DNA of 64,000 nt from an uncultured Gammaproteobacteria bacterium (GTDB taxonomy: Bacteria > Pseudomonadota > Gammaproteobacteria > Steroidobacterales > Rariloculaceae). Made by a program: the position numbers and the translations under genes. The stretch is from the NCBI GenBank assembly GCA_964465375.1, contig CAYXIJ010000006.1, forward strand, positions 17,126 to 81,125, written 5' to 3'. How positions within the stretch are numbered: the stretch's first letter is position 1; every line of letters begins with the position of its first letter. This document shows positions 18,992-29,425 of this stretch, in pieces. The notes below the pieces were generated by a model that was not told where the DNA came from, did not search any database, and worked only from the letters and a program-made list of their open reading frames with translations.

Positions 18992-19945
18992 ATGTTGATT
19001 AGAACAGCCAAGGACATTAAAGACTCAGAAATCACGCCTGAAGATATATACCGCGATCGGCGTCGTATTCTCGCGGCTGGTTTAGCGGCTGGTCTGCTGC
19101 CGGGAATCGGTATGGACACCGAAGCAAAGCTCCCTAGTGGCATTAGCCTGAATGAAACCAAGCCCTGGCCCGATTCCCTCGACGAGGAGCAAAGCGACTT
19201 TGATGATGTGACCGGATACAACAATTATTACGAGTTTGGAACCGGTAAAACAGATCCAGCTCGCTATGCACACACCTTGGTCACTGACCCTTGGTCGATA
19301 AAGGTGGAGGGTGAGGCAGAAAAAACCGGCACATTCACACTCGAAGACATCCTAAAACCTCATTTTTTTGAGCAACGCGTTTATCGTTTGCGTTGCGTTG
19401 AGGCTTGGTCAGCAGTAATTCCCTGGGTTGGCTTCCCTCTCGCTGACTTGTTGAAGCGCTTTTCGCCAACCTCGAAGGCTAAATATGTGCAGTTCTTTAC
19501 ACTCTATGAGCCTAGCCAAATGCCAGGGCTACGTTACCCAGTCTTGGAATGGCCCTATCGGGAGGGACTCACAATCGCTGAGGCAATGAACCCCCTGAGT
19601 TTAATGGCCGTCGGCCTGTACGGACAAGAGCTTCCCAACCAAAATGGTGCTCCCTTACGACTGGTAGTACCTTGGAAATACGGGTTCAAAAGCATCAAAT
19701 CAATCGTTCGCATACGCTTCCAAGAAAGTCAGCCAAAAACCAGTTGGAATATGGCAATTCCCCAAGAATACGGCTTCTACTCCAATGTAAATCCCGAGGT
19801 TGATCATCCCCGATGGAGTCAGGCCAGCGAGCGACGCATCGGAGGAAGCCTTTTCTCGGCTAGAACCCCGACACTTATGTTTAATGGCTACGGGACCGAA
19901 GTTGCTCACCTGTACCGGGGCCTAGACCTAGCAAAAAACTATTGA
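18992..19945 (+). CDS. msrP: Protein-methionine-sulfoxide reductase, molybdopterin catalytic subunit
   Basis: It has a YedY-like N-terminus with the Tat motif [14 protein letters not shown] and a sulfite-oxidase-fold body ([27 protein letters not shown]). The ORF opens at TTG 18980. Confidence 0.9.
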   Translation: MLIRTAKDIKDSEITPEDIYRDRRRILAAGLAAGLLPGIGMDTEAKLPSGISLNETKPWPDSLDEEQSDFDDVTGYNNYYEFGTGKTDPARYAHTLVTDPWSIKVEGEAEKTGTFTLEDILKPHFFEQRVYRLRCVEAWSAVIPWVGFPLADLLKRFSPTSKAKYVQFFTLYEPSQMPGLRYPVLEWPYREGLTIAEAMNPLSLMAVGLYGQELPNQNGAPLRLVVPWKYGFKSIKSIVRIRFQESQPKTSWNMAIPQEYGFYSNVNPEVDHPRWSQASERRIGGSLFSARTPTLMFNGYGTEVAHLYRGLDLAKNY

Positions 19946-19967
19946 TCGCTGGCCAATCGACTTGGCG

Positions 19968-20582
19968 ATGACTCGCGTTTTTATCGCTCCACTTAAGATT
20001 ATTGCTTGCCTTGCCTGCCTAGCTCCCTTTTTATGGCTGCTGCTGCGGGCCTTTGCAATAGGTCCACTGGACTTGGGCGCCAATCCGGTAGAGGAAGTCC
20101 TACATACGTTAGGTAAGAGTGGTTTAAATATCTTACTGATTACCCTGGCTATTACTCCATTGAGGCGCCTTACAGGATTTCACTGGCTAATAGCATTGCG
20201 CCGGATATTAGGCCTATTCTCATTTACCTACCTGAGCCTGCATTTTCTTACCTATATCACTCTGGACTGGGGCTTCGCCTGGAATTCTTTAATTGTTGAT
20301 ATTGTTGCGCGGCCCTATATCACGGTTGGTTTCACCAGTCTTGCGCTTATGTTTCCTCTTGCTATGACTTCCACCAACCGGATGCAGAGGCGTCTGGGCC
20401 AAAAATGGATAAAACTGCATCGACTCATTTACATAATCGCACCTCTTGGGGTTCTACATTTTTATTGGCAAGGGATACGCGATCCCTTCGAGCCACTCGT
20501 CTACGCTGGCATTGTCATGCTGCTTCTTGGGCTTAGAGTTCTGCACTGGGTCGGGAAACAGCGAATTCGCAACAGATCCTGA
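19968..20582 (+). CDS. msrQ: Protein-methionine-sulfoxide reductase, heme-binding membrane subunit
   Basis: It is a six-TM ferric-reductase-like membrane protein immediately downstream of msrP, YedZ-like (WIKLHRLIY). Confidence 0.85.
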   Translation: MTRVFIAPLKIIACLACLAPFLWLLLRAFAIGPLDLGANPVEEVLHTLGKSGLNILLITLAITPLRRLTGFHWLIALRRILGLFSFTYLSLHFLTYITLDWGFAWNSLIVDIVARPYITVGFTSLALMFPLAMTSTNRMQRRLGQKWIKLHRLIYIIAPLGVLHFYWQGIRDPFEPLVYAGIVMLLLGLRVLHWVGKQRIRNRS

Positions 20583-20610
20583 TGTTGCCAAGATCAATCT
20601 GAACTTATTT

Positions 20611-20641
20611 AGCCTGAAAGAATTTCAGGCTGGGCATTTTT
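20611..20641 (+). terminator. Rho-independent terminator after msrQ
   Basis: A perfect 9-bp stem agcctgaaa / tttcaggct (20611-20619 and 20623-20631) has a 3-nt loop and is followed by a T5 run at 20637-20641. Confidence 0.6.
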
Positions 20642-20758
20642 CATCCAATGAGAACTCAAGGATTCTGATCACATACAGCCCGTTGTGCTATTCCCAATCA
20701 TGAATAGGATATCAGCTGTGTGTTTGGAGCCACCTAACACCTTAGCAAGAAGGTTCCA

Positions 20759-21832
20759 TTATGCTACCTCTTCGCGGTTCCTAGCGAGCCAGCCATCCAC
20801 CAGCTCGACGGTCCGATCCACCTCATCAGATTGCATTCCCTGAGACTTGGCAAGCGTCTGTACTAACTTATCCACACGTTCGATGTACGGCGCTTTGGCA
20901 GCGAGTGCACGTGCCGCCGAGGAAGGTTTCTGCAGCGACAAGGCAGCCTTAGCATATTTCTTGAATGGAACAAGATCGGCATGGTCACCACCCAAGCTGA
21001 CACACAAATCTGCCACCCAGTTATACAGGGACTCTGAAGCATCCAGGTTAGTATGAACTGCTTCCCTGATCGGGATCATCTCTTCTGCCTGCACGCAACG
21101 GTAATTACCAGCTAACAACATGCACCACTTGGCAAGCGGCACGAATACGGAATCATGTACCCGCAGCTTTACGGGGAGCTCCACCTCTTTGCCGGCAACG
21201 TTGTAGCGAATCCCCTGGATGTCTTCCTCTAGCTTGCACAAGATATCAGTGTGATCATCCGACTCAAATCGGGCCGCCTTAAAGTTAGTAGGCAATCCTA
21301 CCTGGAGTACGTTGCACCTTTCTTCAGGTGGACGGAATGCCTGCGGATCTGGGCTACACAGCGTGATCAGAGACGGGTTTACGTCGTCCCAAACGGACGC
21401 GTCTGTGTAGCAGTCCCTGACCGTTTCCCCATCAATAGCCGAAATACGTCTCAAGAAGCTTAATGGAGGCATGTTCATGATTGACATGCACGGCCTCCCG
21501 GATGTACCCACTCGACCCAGCAGATCCTTAACGACGGGCACTCGATACTGCGGCTCCTGCATGGCAAGCACGATAAGATCGTAATTGGACGGATCCGCAT
21601 CTTCAGGTCTGCCTGCAGAAACAACTCCGGGCATATCTTTCGTATTCAGCAAAACAGACCCATCAGGAACATCCCGCACCGGTAGACGCACGATCGCACC
21701 CTCACTATTGATGAGTTGTGATTCCTCTGGAAGACAGACTAAGTGTGCCGAATGTCCTGCAAGGGCGGCCTTTGCGCCAAGAAGCGAGCCATAAGACGCC
21801 CCAAAAAAAAGAATACTATATTTATCAGGCAT
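20759..21832 (-). CDS. NAD(P)-binding oxidoreductase-like protein (ketopantoate-reductase/ApbA-like N-terminus), function unknown
   Basis: The N-terminal dinucleotide-fold-like segment is ILFFGASYGSLLGAKAALAGHSAHLV. The remainder is unassigned. Confidence 0.4.
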   Translation of the reverse strand: MPDKYSILFFGASYGSLLGAKAALAGHSAHLVCLPEESQLINSEGAIVRLPVRDVPDGSVLLNTKDMPGVVSAGRPEDADPSNYDLIVLAMQEPQYRVPVVKDLLGRVGTSGRPCMSIMNMPPLSFLRRISAIDGETVRDCYTDASVWDDVNPSLITLCSPDPQAFRPPEERCNVLQVGLPTNFKAARFESDDHTDILCKLEEDIQGIRYNVAGKEVELPVKLRVHDSVFVPLAKWCMLLAGNYRCVQAEEMIPIREAVHTNLDASESLYNWVADLCVSLGGDHADLVPFKKYAKAALSLQKPSSAARALAAKAPYIERVDKLVQTLAKSQGMQSDEVDRTVELVDGWLARNREEVA

Positions 21833-21923
21833 ACCTCACCTTCATATGTATAAAATCAACCGCTGTTCCGAACTACGGTTGTGAAATTGTTCTTACTCAG
21901 CGGCTGAACGTCAGGCGGCCATC

Positions 21924-23342
21924 TCAAGAAAGGCTAAAAACCCAACGTAACAGGGCATTCTGTAGCTCTTTTCCCGGACCCCGGTGGACATCTGCTTCGT
22001 TCAGTATGGCGATCACGACGTAGGTGCGGCCACTATGTCCATGGATATAACCGGCAAGGGCAGAAACATGATCAAGCCGGCCAGTTTTAACGTGCATTCT
22101 TCCCTCCATAGAATGATCGTTGAAACGTCCCCGCGTTGTACCATCTAGACCTCCCAAGGAAAGCGAAGCCAAAAATTCTGGCATATAGGCGCTTTGATAA
22201 CCGGCGAGTAAAACGTCAGCCATCAGCCGAGCAGAAATCCGAGTTGTCCTGGACAAACCAGCACCATTATCTATAAATAAAGAAGATGTCTCTAGGCCTT
22301 GCGAGTGCAGATAATTTTCAATGGCTTCGACCCCTTTTTCATTTGTGCCTGGCGGCCCACCCTGTTCTGCGCCCAAGCTGTATAGCAGCTGTCGGGTCAT
22401 CACATTATTACTGAACTTATTGATGCTGCGGATAACTTCCCCAAGCGGCCTTGAGTGCCACACCATGGCGGGCTCACTGTTTTCGGGAACAAGTTGATTA
22501 CGAATGGTCCCGCGAAACTTCCCGCCCAGTTGTTTCCAAAGTACTTCAAATATCCCGAAGGCGAAGGTGTCATGCTGCAGAACCGAGCGGCTCAAGGCGT
22601 AATGACCACAAGACTCAGGAAAGTTACCCGAGAAAACCACACGCTTCCCTGCAACCGGATCCAGAACATCGAAAGCGATACCGGATTGATAACCTCGGCA
22701 AGGACCTTTTACTAAGCGTATTCGATTCTGAATTTCAAGATTGCTGAGCTCAGGATCGGGGCTGATCTTGACCATGCCAAGTCGTTCGTCCACCAGAAAA
22801 TTGAATCGGACCGTTTTGTAGTTAACCATCAGTGCGTTCGGAAGAACATTGTAGGCCCGGAAGGGCTGACTATCGAAGTCCCCGGGGTTGCCGTTTGCCC
22901 CCTCAAAAAAACTACCATCCAGCACTAGATCACCATGCACATTCTCGAGTCCCATACCACGCAGTGAACGTAGAAGCTTCCAAAATTCTTCGGTTACCAG
23001 GTAGGGATCCCCGTAACCTTTGATTGCCAAATCGCCTTCGAGCCCTTGCCCATCCCAATCTCCCAGAAAATGAATTTCAGTGGGCCAGCTATAGGTCGGG
23101 CCTAAGACATCGAGTGCCACCCAAGTTGTTAGCAACTTGATGGTCGACGCTGGATTTCTGGGAATGGCGGGATTATGAGCTAAAACCGGCTCGGGGGAAC
23201 CTACCTCCTGAACCAGAATGCTCAACCCACCCGGCGAGATGCCATGACCCTCCAAAACCCGATTCACAGGGGGCGGTAGAGCACCCTGAGCCGACACGAT
23301 ACCGGCAATACAGGAGAAAATTAGGAATCGAACGGCATGCAT
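21924..23342 (-). CDS. dacB: D-alanyl-D-alanine carboxypeptidase/endopeptidase (PBP4, peptidase S13)
   Basis: It has a signal peptide and the motifs SxxK (ASTIKL), SxN (FSNNVM) and KTG (VKTGRL). The 472-aa length is typical of PBP4. Confidence 0.85.
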   Translation of the reverse strand: MHAVRFLIFSCIAGIVSAQGALPPPVNRVLEGHGISPGGLSILVQEVGSPEPVLAHNPAIPRNPASTIKLLTTWVALDVLGPTYSWPTEIHFLGDWDGQGLEGDLAIKGYGDPYLVTEEFWKLLRSLRGMGLENVHGDLVLDGSFFEGANGNPGDFDSQPFRAYNVLPNALMVNYKTVRFNFLVDERLGMVKISPDPELSNLEIQNRIRLVKGPCRGYQSGIAFDVLDPVAGKRVVFSGNFPESCGHYALSRSVLQHDTFAFGIFEVLWKQLGGKFRGTIRNQLVPENSEPAMVWHSRPLGEVIRSINKFSNNVMTRQLLYSLGAEQGGPPGTNEKGVEAIENYLHSQGLETSSLFIDNGAGLSRTTRISARLMADVLLAGYQSAYMPEFLASLSLGGLDGTTRGRFNDHSMEGRMHVKTGRLDHVSALAGYIHGHSGRTYVVIAILNEADVHRGPGKELQNALLRWVFSLS

Positions 23343-23515
23343 ACGCTAGATTGTGCGCGAATTCTCATACAGCTGCACAGTACCACCCTTCATTAGATTT
23401 CAGCTGTTTTGTGGCAGTCACTGATAAAAGCCAAGGTGTAGTAAGAGCCTGATGTCCTTTCTGTCGCTGCTTCCTACTTTGGTGATCAAAGTTATAGTGC
23501 GCTACGTACGGCAGA

Positions 23516-23887
23516 TCAATCTACCGAAGCCAAAAATCGGGGTAAAGGCTTGTCCTCCTTTTTACTGACCACAGACAATGAACCGCTGGCACCGCTGTTA
23601 CGAAGAAGTTCAGAATAAAGCTTAACAATCGTTTCGGCGTGGACATCCGCTTCTACCACAGACATTTTACGGATAGAGGCCCTGACGCAGGAATCCTTAC
23701 CACCCGGGCTCACCCGATGAAGGGCATCATAAAGGGTCGAAAAATCTTGCCTTAGGTCAGAGGGGAACTCTCTGCTATCCAAATCCCCGAGGTGCTCTAT
23801 GTAAGCTTCGGCTAGGCGATGTTTTATGGGGCCCTCTCCAACCAGGGCAAAAATAGCCACCTTAAAACGCTCCGAAAGATAAGACAT
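23516..23887 (-). CDS. Hypothetical 123-aa protein
   Basis: This is an ATG ORF with ordinary composition flanked by 173-bp and 214-bp AT-rich spacers. I recognise no motif. Confidence 0.35.
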   Translation of the reverse strand: MSYLSERFKVAIFALVGEGPIKHRLAEAYIEHLGDLDSREFPSDLRQDFSTLYDALHRVSPGGKDSCVRASIRKMSVVEADVHAETIVKLYSELLRNSGASGSLSVVSKKEDKPLPRFLASVD

Positions 23888-24101
23888 TCGAAATTAAAAG
23901 CCTTTATTTTTAGTCTTATAATGCCGGTTTCAATCTTCATCCAAGTGCCCAAAAAACCTTCACCTGAATCACGACTTTAGCCAACAAATTTCTGCCCATA
24001 CATATAACAAATTAGCAGGCCATAACGCAAGTATTGCGCTGGATTTAATCAACTGATTACATGATTAATTAAAAATCGTACTTTCAAGTGTGAACTAAAA
24101 C

Positions 24102-25439
24102 TTATTCAGTTGAAAAAGTTAGCGCCTGCCCATTTGGGGCTCCCTCAATCTGACCATCGCGGGACACAATAGAGCCATTCACGAACGTCAAAGCGACCTT
24201 AGAACTAAATCGGGTACCCTCTAGAGGCGACCAGCCACACATATACAACAACTGGTCCTTGTTTACACTCGTTTCCCCCTCAAGATCAACCGCGACCATA
24301 TCAGCGAAATAGCCCTCACGAAGAAACCCTCTGTCCTGGACTCGATACCTGAGCGCTGGGTTGTGAGCTGCCTTTTCAACAATCAACTCTAGACTAAAAT
24401 GCCCTAACCGGTGCTGCTCCAAGAGCATAAGCAGCGAATGCTGGACCAAGGGAAGGCCTGCTGGAGCCTCAAAGTAGGGCAGCGACTTCTCAGCCAGTGT
24501 GTGAGGAGCGTGGTCCGTCGCAATAATGTCTATCCGGTCGCTTTTTACCCCGCTGATGAGCCCGAGACGATCCTCTGAGCGTTTTATGGCCGGGTTACAC
24601 TTAATCCGAGCACCAAGATCTGCATAGTGTGACTCATCAAACCAGAGGTGGTGGACACAAACTTCGGCGGTAATGGATTTTCCTTCTAGGGGCCCGGCAG
24701 GAAAAAGTTCTAATTCTCGGGCCGTGCTGAGGTGCAAAACGTGCAGTTGAGTCTGATACCGCTTGGCCAAATCTACAGCCAAAGAAGAAGACTTATAGCA
24801 GGCCTCTTCCGATCGGATCTTTGGGTGAGCTGACATCGGAACATGCTCCCCATATCGCCTGCGGTACTTATCCTCCGCTTCCTTAATCGTGGGTGTGTCC
24901 TCGCAATGGGTAGCTACCAAGCACCTCGCCTGGTCAAATATTTGCTCCAGCGTACGCGGATCATCAACCAACATTCTACCCGTCGAAGAACCCATAAAAA
25001 CCTTTACCCCGCAGACCTCGCCAGGAATAAGCTGCTTAATTTCTTCTATATTGTTATTGGTGGCGCCCATGTAGAAAGCGTAGTTAGCAAAGCTGCTTCC
25101 TGCAGCAAGCAATTTCTTTTCAGCTAGCGCGGCCCGTGTTGTAGTGGGGGGGCTTGTGTTTGGCATATCCATAAAACTCGTGACCCCACCCAATGCGGCA
25201 GCCTTTGACTCGCTTGCTATAGAAGCCTTGTGGGTCAGGCCAGGCTCACGAAGGTGAACCTGGTCATCTATTAGGCCAGGAAGAAGATACTTTCCTTTGA
25301 GGTCAATAATCTCGTCCGCCACAGAACCGGGCAAGGCTGACTCAATTCTCGTGACCCTATCACCTTCAACGAGTACATCAGCATCGAAAATCTTCCCTTC
25401 ATTTACGAGCTGGCCATTAGTCAGTAATCGTTTCGTCAT
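24102..25439 (-). CDS. pyrC: Dihydroorotase (cyclic amidohydrolase, long type)
   Basis: The DDQVHLREPGLTHK motif, FMDMPNT and ATDHAPH identify it. Its start overlaps the pip stop (ATGA on the minus strand, 25436-25439). Confidence 0.8.
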   Translation of the reverse strand: MTKRLLTNGQLVNEGKIFDADVLVEGDRVTRIESALPGSVADEIIDLKGKYLLPGLIDDQVHLREPGLTHKASIASESKAAALGGVTSFMDMPNTSPPTTTRAALAEKKLLAAGSSFANYAFYMGATNNNIEEIKQLIPGEVCGVKVFMGSSTGRMLVDDPRTLEQIFDQARCLVATHCEDTPTIKEAEDKYRRRYGEHVPMSAHPKIRSEEACYKSSSLAVDLAKRYQTQLHVLHLSTARELELFPAGPLEGKSITAEVCVHHLWFDESHYADLGARIKCNPAIKRSEDRLGLISGVKSDRIDIIATDHAPHTLAEKSLPYFEAPAGLPLVQHSLLMLLEQHRLGHFSLELIVEKAAHNPALRYRVQDRGFLREGYFADMVAVDLEGETSVNKDQLLYMCGWSPLEGTRFSSKVALTFVNGSIVSRDGQIEGAPNGQALTFSTE

Positions 25440-26425
25440 ATCCGGTCCGCCGCTAGCTCTCTAAACGCGTCAGTAGTATTAATAAGTTCACTCATAACCC
25501 CGACCTCGTAGGCCGAATGTCCGGCATTATTCACAATCCGGAAATCAGCTTCCGGCCAGCACTTATGCAATTCCCAAGCCGTTTCCATGGGGCACACAAT
25601 GTCGTGCCTCCCCTGAACAATCACAGCCGGAATGTGGCGAATCCTGTCCACTCCCTCCAAAAGCTGCCCTTCACGCAAAAAGAACCCATCGTTGATAAAA
25701 AAATGCGCTTCGATTCTAGCTAATGCCAGAGCAAAACTCTTCTTCCCGAACGACGATTTTTGCTCGGCACGGGGGGTCAAAAAACTCGCAGCCCCCTCCC
25801 AGACAGACCAGGCAAGGGCCGCCCTAAGACGAATCTCGGAATCAGAGCTAAATAGACGCTTGTGATACGCGGATAGCATATCACCCCTTTCTTCCTCGGG
25901 GATCAATGCCAAGAATTCGTTCCACTCCTCTGGCAGCAACGCACTTGCTCCTTCCTGATAAAACCAAGTGAGTTCTTTTCGGCGAAGAAGAAAAATACCC
26001 CGAAGCACCAACGCACTAACCGCTCTTGGATGCTGCTGCGCATAAGCGAGCGAAAGGGTGCTGCCCCAAGATCCGCCGAACACAAGCCACCGATCGATCT
26101 CAAGATAACCGCGTAACAGTTCCATGTCTCTCACTAGGTGCCAAGTGGTGTTCGCATCAGTGGAAGCCGCGGGGCGACTACGGCCGGCACCTCTTTGATC
26201 AAAGACAACAATGCGATACGTCGATGGATCAAAAAAACGGCGGGCATTAAGATCCCCGCCGGCCCCAGGACCACCATGGACGAACAGTGCAGGCAACCCG
26301 TCCCGCCGACCACATTGCTCATAGTAGATACTGTGCCCGTCCCCGACGTCCAAATAACCGTGATCGAAAGGATCCAGCTGTGGATAGAGACTTCTTTCTT
26401 TCGCGGTTTCAGTTGTTCTTTTCAT
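25436..26425 (-). CDS. pip: Proline iminopeptidase (prolyl aminopeptidase, S33)
   Basis: It carries the HGGPGAG oxyanion motif, the GGSWGSTL nucleophile elbow and a C-terminal NAGHSA. Confidence 0.85.
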   Translation of the reverse strand: MKRTTETAKERSLYPQLDPFDHGYLDVGDGHSIYYEQCGRRDGLPALFVHGGPGAGGDLNARRFFDPSTYRIVVFDQRGAGRSRPAASTDANTTWHLVRDMELLRGYLEIDRWLVFGGSWGSTLSLAYAQQHPRAVSALVLRGIFLLRRKELTWFYQEGASALLPEEWNEFLALIPEEERGDMLSAYHKRLFSSDSEIRLRAALAWSVWEGAASFLTPRAEQKSSFGKKSFALALARIEAHFFINDGFFLREGQLLEGVDRIRHIPAVIVQGRHDIVCPMETAWELHKCWPEADFRIVNNAGHSAYEVGVMSELINTTDAFRELAADRI

Positions 26426-26589
26426 AATTGAACCTTTACAAAAAAATGAGGTCAGATATTTTTAATGACTGTTCATCAGCGTGGTCCTCGGGCATAGTTC
26501 ACAGAGTAGCGGTTTGGCCGAAGATTGTATTGACGGATCGCAGAAAATTTTGAGATTAAAAAGTCTGTCTCCGAAAAGGTGAGAAAAAT

Positions 26590-29331
26590 ATGAAACAAAT
26601 TCTTTGTGCTCTTTTCTGCTTCTTCCTTTTGGCAGCAAAACTATCGAACGCTGCCAACCTAGATATCCCCTTCGACGACTTTCGTCTCAATAACGGGCTT
26701 CATGTAGTTGTTCACGAAGACCGAAAAGCTCCTATCGTCGCAGTTTCGGTTTGGTACCACGTAGGGTCCAAAAATGAGCCAGTGGGAAAAACTGGATTTG
26801 CCCATCTGTTTGAGCATCTGATGTTCAACGGGACAGAAAACTACAACGACGAGTACTTTAAGCCCCTGCAGGAAGTCGGCGCAACAAGTATGAACGGCAC
26901 AACCGACTTTGATCGGACCAATTACTTTCAGACGGTTCCCACAACGGCACTGGATCTCGCACTCTGGCTTGAGTCTGACCGCATGGGTCACCTGCTAGGC
27001 GCCCTTGACCAAGAAAAGCTGGATGAACAACGGGGCGTGGTACAGAACGAGAAACGACAATCAGAAAACAGGCCCTATGGAACCGCGTTCAGGCATATCA
27101 TGAAAAATGTATTTCCAGCTGGTCATCCCTATTCCTGGACACCGATAGGATCTATGGAAGATTTAAACGCCGCAACCCTAGAGGACGTGCGGGAATGGTT
27201 TCGAACCTACTACGGCCCTAATAACGCGACGCTGGTGTTGGCGGGTGACATAGATCTCGCAACTGCAAAAGAGCAGGCCCAAAAATACTTTGGGGACATT
27301 CCCCCTGGCCCCCCCCTTTCAAGAATAGAAACATGGATACCAACATATGAGCATGACCGACGAATGATTCTAGAGGATCGGGTTCCTCAGGCTCGTATTT
27401 ATAAGGCTTGGGCAATTCCAGAATGGGGTACAGACGAATCTGATTGGATATCCCTAGCCGATGCGGTCCTTACCGACGGGAAAACATCCCGCCTCTATCA
27501 GCGCCTAGTTTATGAAACCCAGGTAGCTACTGGGGTAGGCTCATTTCCGTTAATCGGAGAAATGGCGGGTGTCTACTCTGTCTTTGTTACAGCGCAGCCC
27601 GGCCAAGACCTAGCAGAAGTGGAGCATCTGCTCGATGAAGAAATGAATAAATTTCTAGATGAGGGACCAACCAAGGCAGAACTTGCGCGAGTAAAAACTC
27701 AAGCTCGTACCTCCTTTGTCCGGGGCACTGAGCGAGTTGGTGGCTTCCGAGGAAAATCAGGCATTCTGGCCGAGAGCGCAGTTTTCGGTGGTCGGGCGGA
27801 TGCCTTCAAGGACTCCCTGATCCTGCTCGAGAATACCGAACCTGAACATCTCCGGAATACTGCGAAGGCGTGGCTTTCCAAGGGAGCCTTCATTTTGGAG
27901 GTTCGGCCCTATCAGGACCAGCTACACGCCAGTGGCCCCGGGGCTGACCGTTCTGAGCTGCCTCTTCCGAGTTCCTTCCCGAGGGGATCCTTCCCCGAAC
28001 TCCACCAATCTCAGCTTGAGAATGGCCTTCGACTGATAGTAGCTGAACGGACCGGAGCACCTACCGTCGAGTTTAGTCTGCAGATTAAGGCCGGTTATGC
28101 GTCGGACCAGAATACCCGCCCAGGGACAGCTAACCTAGCAATGAGCATGCTAGATGAAGGGACGGACAAAATGGATGCGCTGCAGATCAGCGAGACAATT
28201 GCCCGTCTGGGGGCGCAGCTGAGGACCGGGGCGAACCTAGACTACTCATTTGTCAGCCTTTCAGCACTCAAAGAAAATATGGACGAATCACTGGAAATCT
28301 ACGCCGACGTGATCCTAAAACCTGCATTCCCTGCAGACGAACTCGAACGGCTAAAAAATCTCAGTATCTCCGCAATTAAACGCGAAAAAACAAGTCCCAT
28401 GAGTACTGCGCTCAGGGTTTTTCCTAGGCTTCTCTATGGCGAAGGCCACCCCTATTCAATGCCCTTGACCGGCTCAGGAACCGAAAAATCCGTGGCCGAG
28501 ATTAGTCGTGAAGATCTGCTCGACTACCATACGGATGGATTTAACCCCAGAAACGCGACCATGATCGTCGTCGGCGATATAACTCTGGACCAAATTCAGT
28601 CAAAACTTGAAAGACTTTTTTCGGGGTGGAGCGGAAAAAATATTTTGGAAGAGGAACTAACAGAGGTAGCACTCCCGAATCGTCCCCGTGTGTTCCTGAT
28701 TGATCGGCCAGATTCCGAGCAGAGCACTGTTATTGCTGGACACTTGATACCGCCTAAATCAAACGATAAAGAAACTGCTGTGCAAACGATGAACGACATT
28801 CTAGGTGGCAGTTTCGTTTCCAGAATTAATTTAAATCTTCGAGAGGACAAGGCGTGGTCTTATGGCGCAAGAACAATGATCGTAGAAACAATGGCCCAGC
28901 GCCCGCTCATTGCCTATGCCCCAGTTCAGAGCGATAAAACTGCAGAGTCAATACTCGAACTAAAAAGGGAACTCACCGATCTGGTACAGAGCCGGCCTGC
29001 AAGTAATGAAGAGATAGATACGGCAAAGAAACGCCGCACGCTAAGTTTGCCGGGTCGATGGGAAACAACCCGGGCAATCCTCAATGACATCGCTGAAATT
29101 GTGCGTTTTGGGCTTCCGGATGACTATTGGGCTCACTATGCTGACCAAGTCGAGTTATTAGATCGTGGCAGGGTTAATGAAGCAGCCCAAGCAACTCTGG
29201 CACCGGAAAATTTGACTTGGGTGATAGTGGGCGACCTTGCTAGAATCGAGACGGGTATACGCGAACTCGGACTAGGCCCAATTACATTTCTTGATGCGGA
29301 TGGCAACCTGAACCCCAGAGTAGAAAATTAG
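26590..29331 (+). CDS. Exported tandem M16 (pitrilysin/insulinase) zinc peptidase
   Basis: 913 aa with a signal peptide. The inverted zinc motif HLFEH is followed by NGTENY, and a second inactive-type M16 half occupies the C-terminal part. Confidence 0.85.
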   Translation: MKQILCALFCFFLLAAKLSNAANLDIPFDDFRLNNGLHVVVHEDRKAPIVAVSVWYHVGSKNEPVGKTGFAHLFEHLMFNGTENYNDEYFKPLQEVGATSMNGTTDFDRTNYFQTVPTTALDLALWLESDRMGHLLGALDQEKLDEQRGVVQNEKRQSENRPYGTAFRHIMKNVFPAGHPYSWTPIGSMEDLNAATLEDVREWFRTYYGPNNATLVLAGDIDLATAKEQAQKYFGDIPPGPPLSRIETWIPTYEHDRRMILEDRVPQARIYKAWAIPEWGTDESDWISLADAVLTDGKTSRLYQRLVYETQVATGVGSFPLIGEMAGVYSVFVTAQPGQDLAEVEHLLDEEMNKFLDEGPTKAELARVKTQARTSFVRGTERVGGFRGKSGILAESAVFGGRADAFKDSLILLENTEPEHLRNTAKAWLSKGAFILEVRPYQDQLHASGPGADRSELPLPSSFPRGSFPELHQSQLENGLRLIVAERTGAPTVEFSLQIKAGYASDQNTRPGTANLAMSMLDEGTDKMDALQISETIARLGAQLRTGANLDYSFVSLSALKENMDESLEIYADVILKPAFPADELERLKNLSISAIKREKTSPMSTALRVFPRLLYGEGHPYSMPLTGSGTEKSVAEISREDLLDYHTDGFNPRNATMIVVGDITLDQIQSKLERLFSGWSGKNILEEELTEVALPNRPRVFLIDRPDSEQSTVIAGHLIPPKSNDKETAVQTMNDILGGSFVSRINLNLREDKAWSYGARTMIVETMAQRPLIAYAPVQSDKTAESILELKRELTDLVQSRPASNEEIDTAKKRRTLSLPGRWETTRAILNDIAEIVRFGLPDDYWAHYADQVELLDRGRVNEAAQATLAPENLTWVIVGDLARIETGIRELGLGPITFLDADGNLNPRVEN

Positions 29332-29425
29332 TTGTTCTTGAAAAAGAAAAAACTATGTGGAAAATATCCCGCCCGATTCGCTAAAAAAGAACATTTGGGC
29401 ATGTGGCCAGATAAAAATTCAGGTA

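Noticed and set aside
18889-19224. A 111-aa minus-strand ORF overlaps the msrP 5' region.
   Set aside because: It overlaps a confidently identified gene and has no motif or plausible ribosome-binding site.
25239-25268. The dihydroorotase metal-binding motif reads DDQVHLREPG, with Gln where the HxH motif has its first His.
   Set aside because: As far as I recall, DDQVH(F/L)REPG is the normal motif of the Bacteroidetes/Xanthomonas-type long dihydroorotases. It is therefore probably a family trait rather than an inactivating change.
29357-29425. A GTG-initiated 23-aa extension precedes the ABC ATPase.
   Set aside because: The ABC ATPase family N-terminus aligns with ATG 29426, and the extension has no family counterpart.
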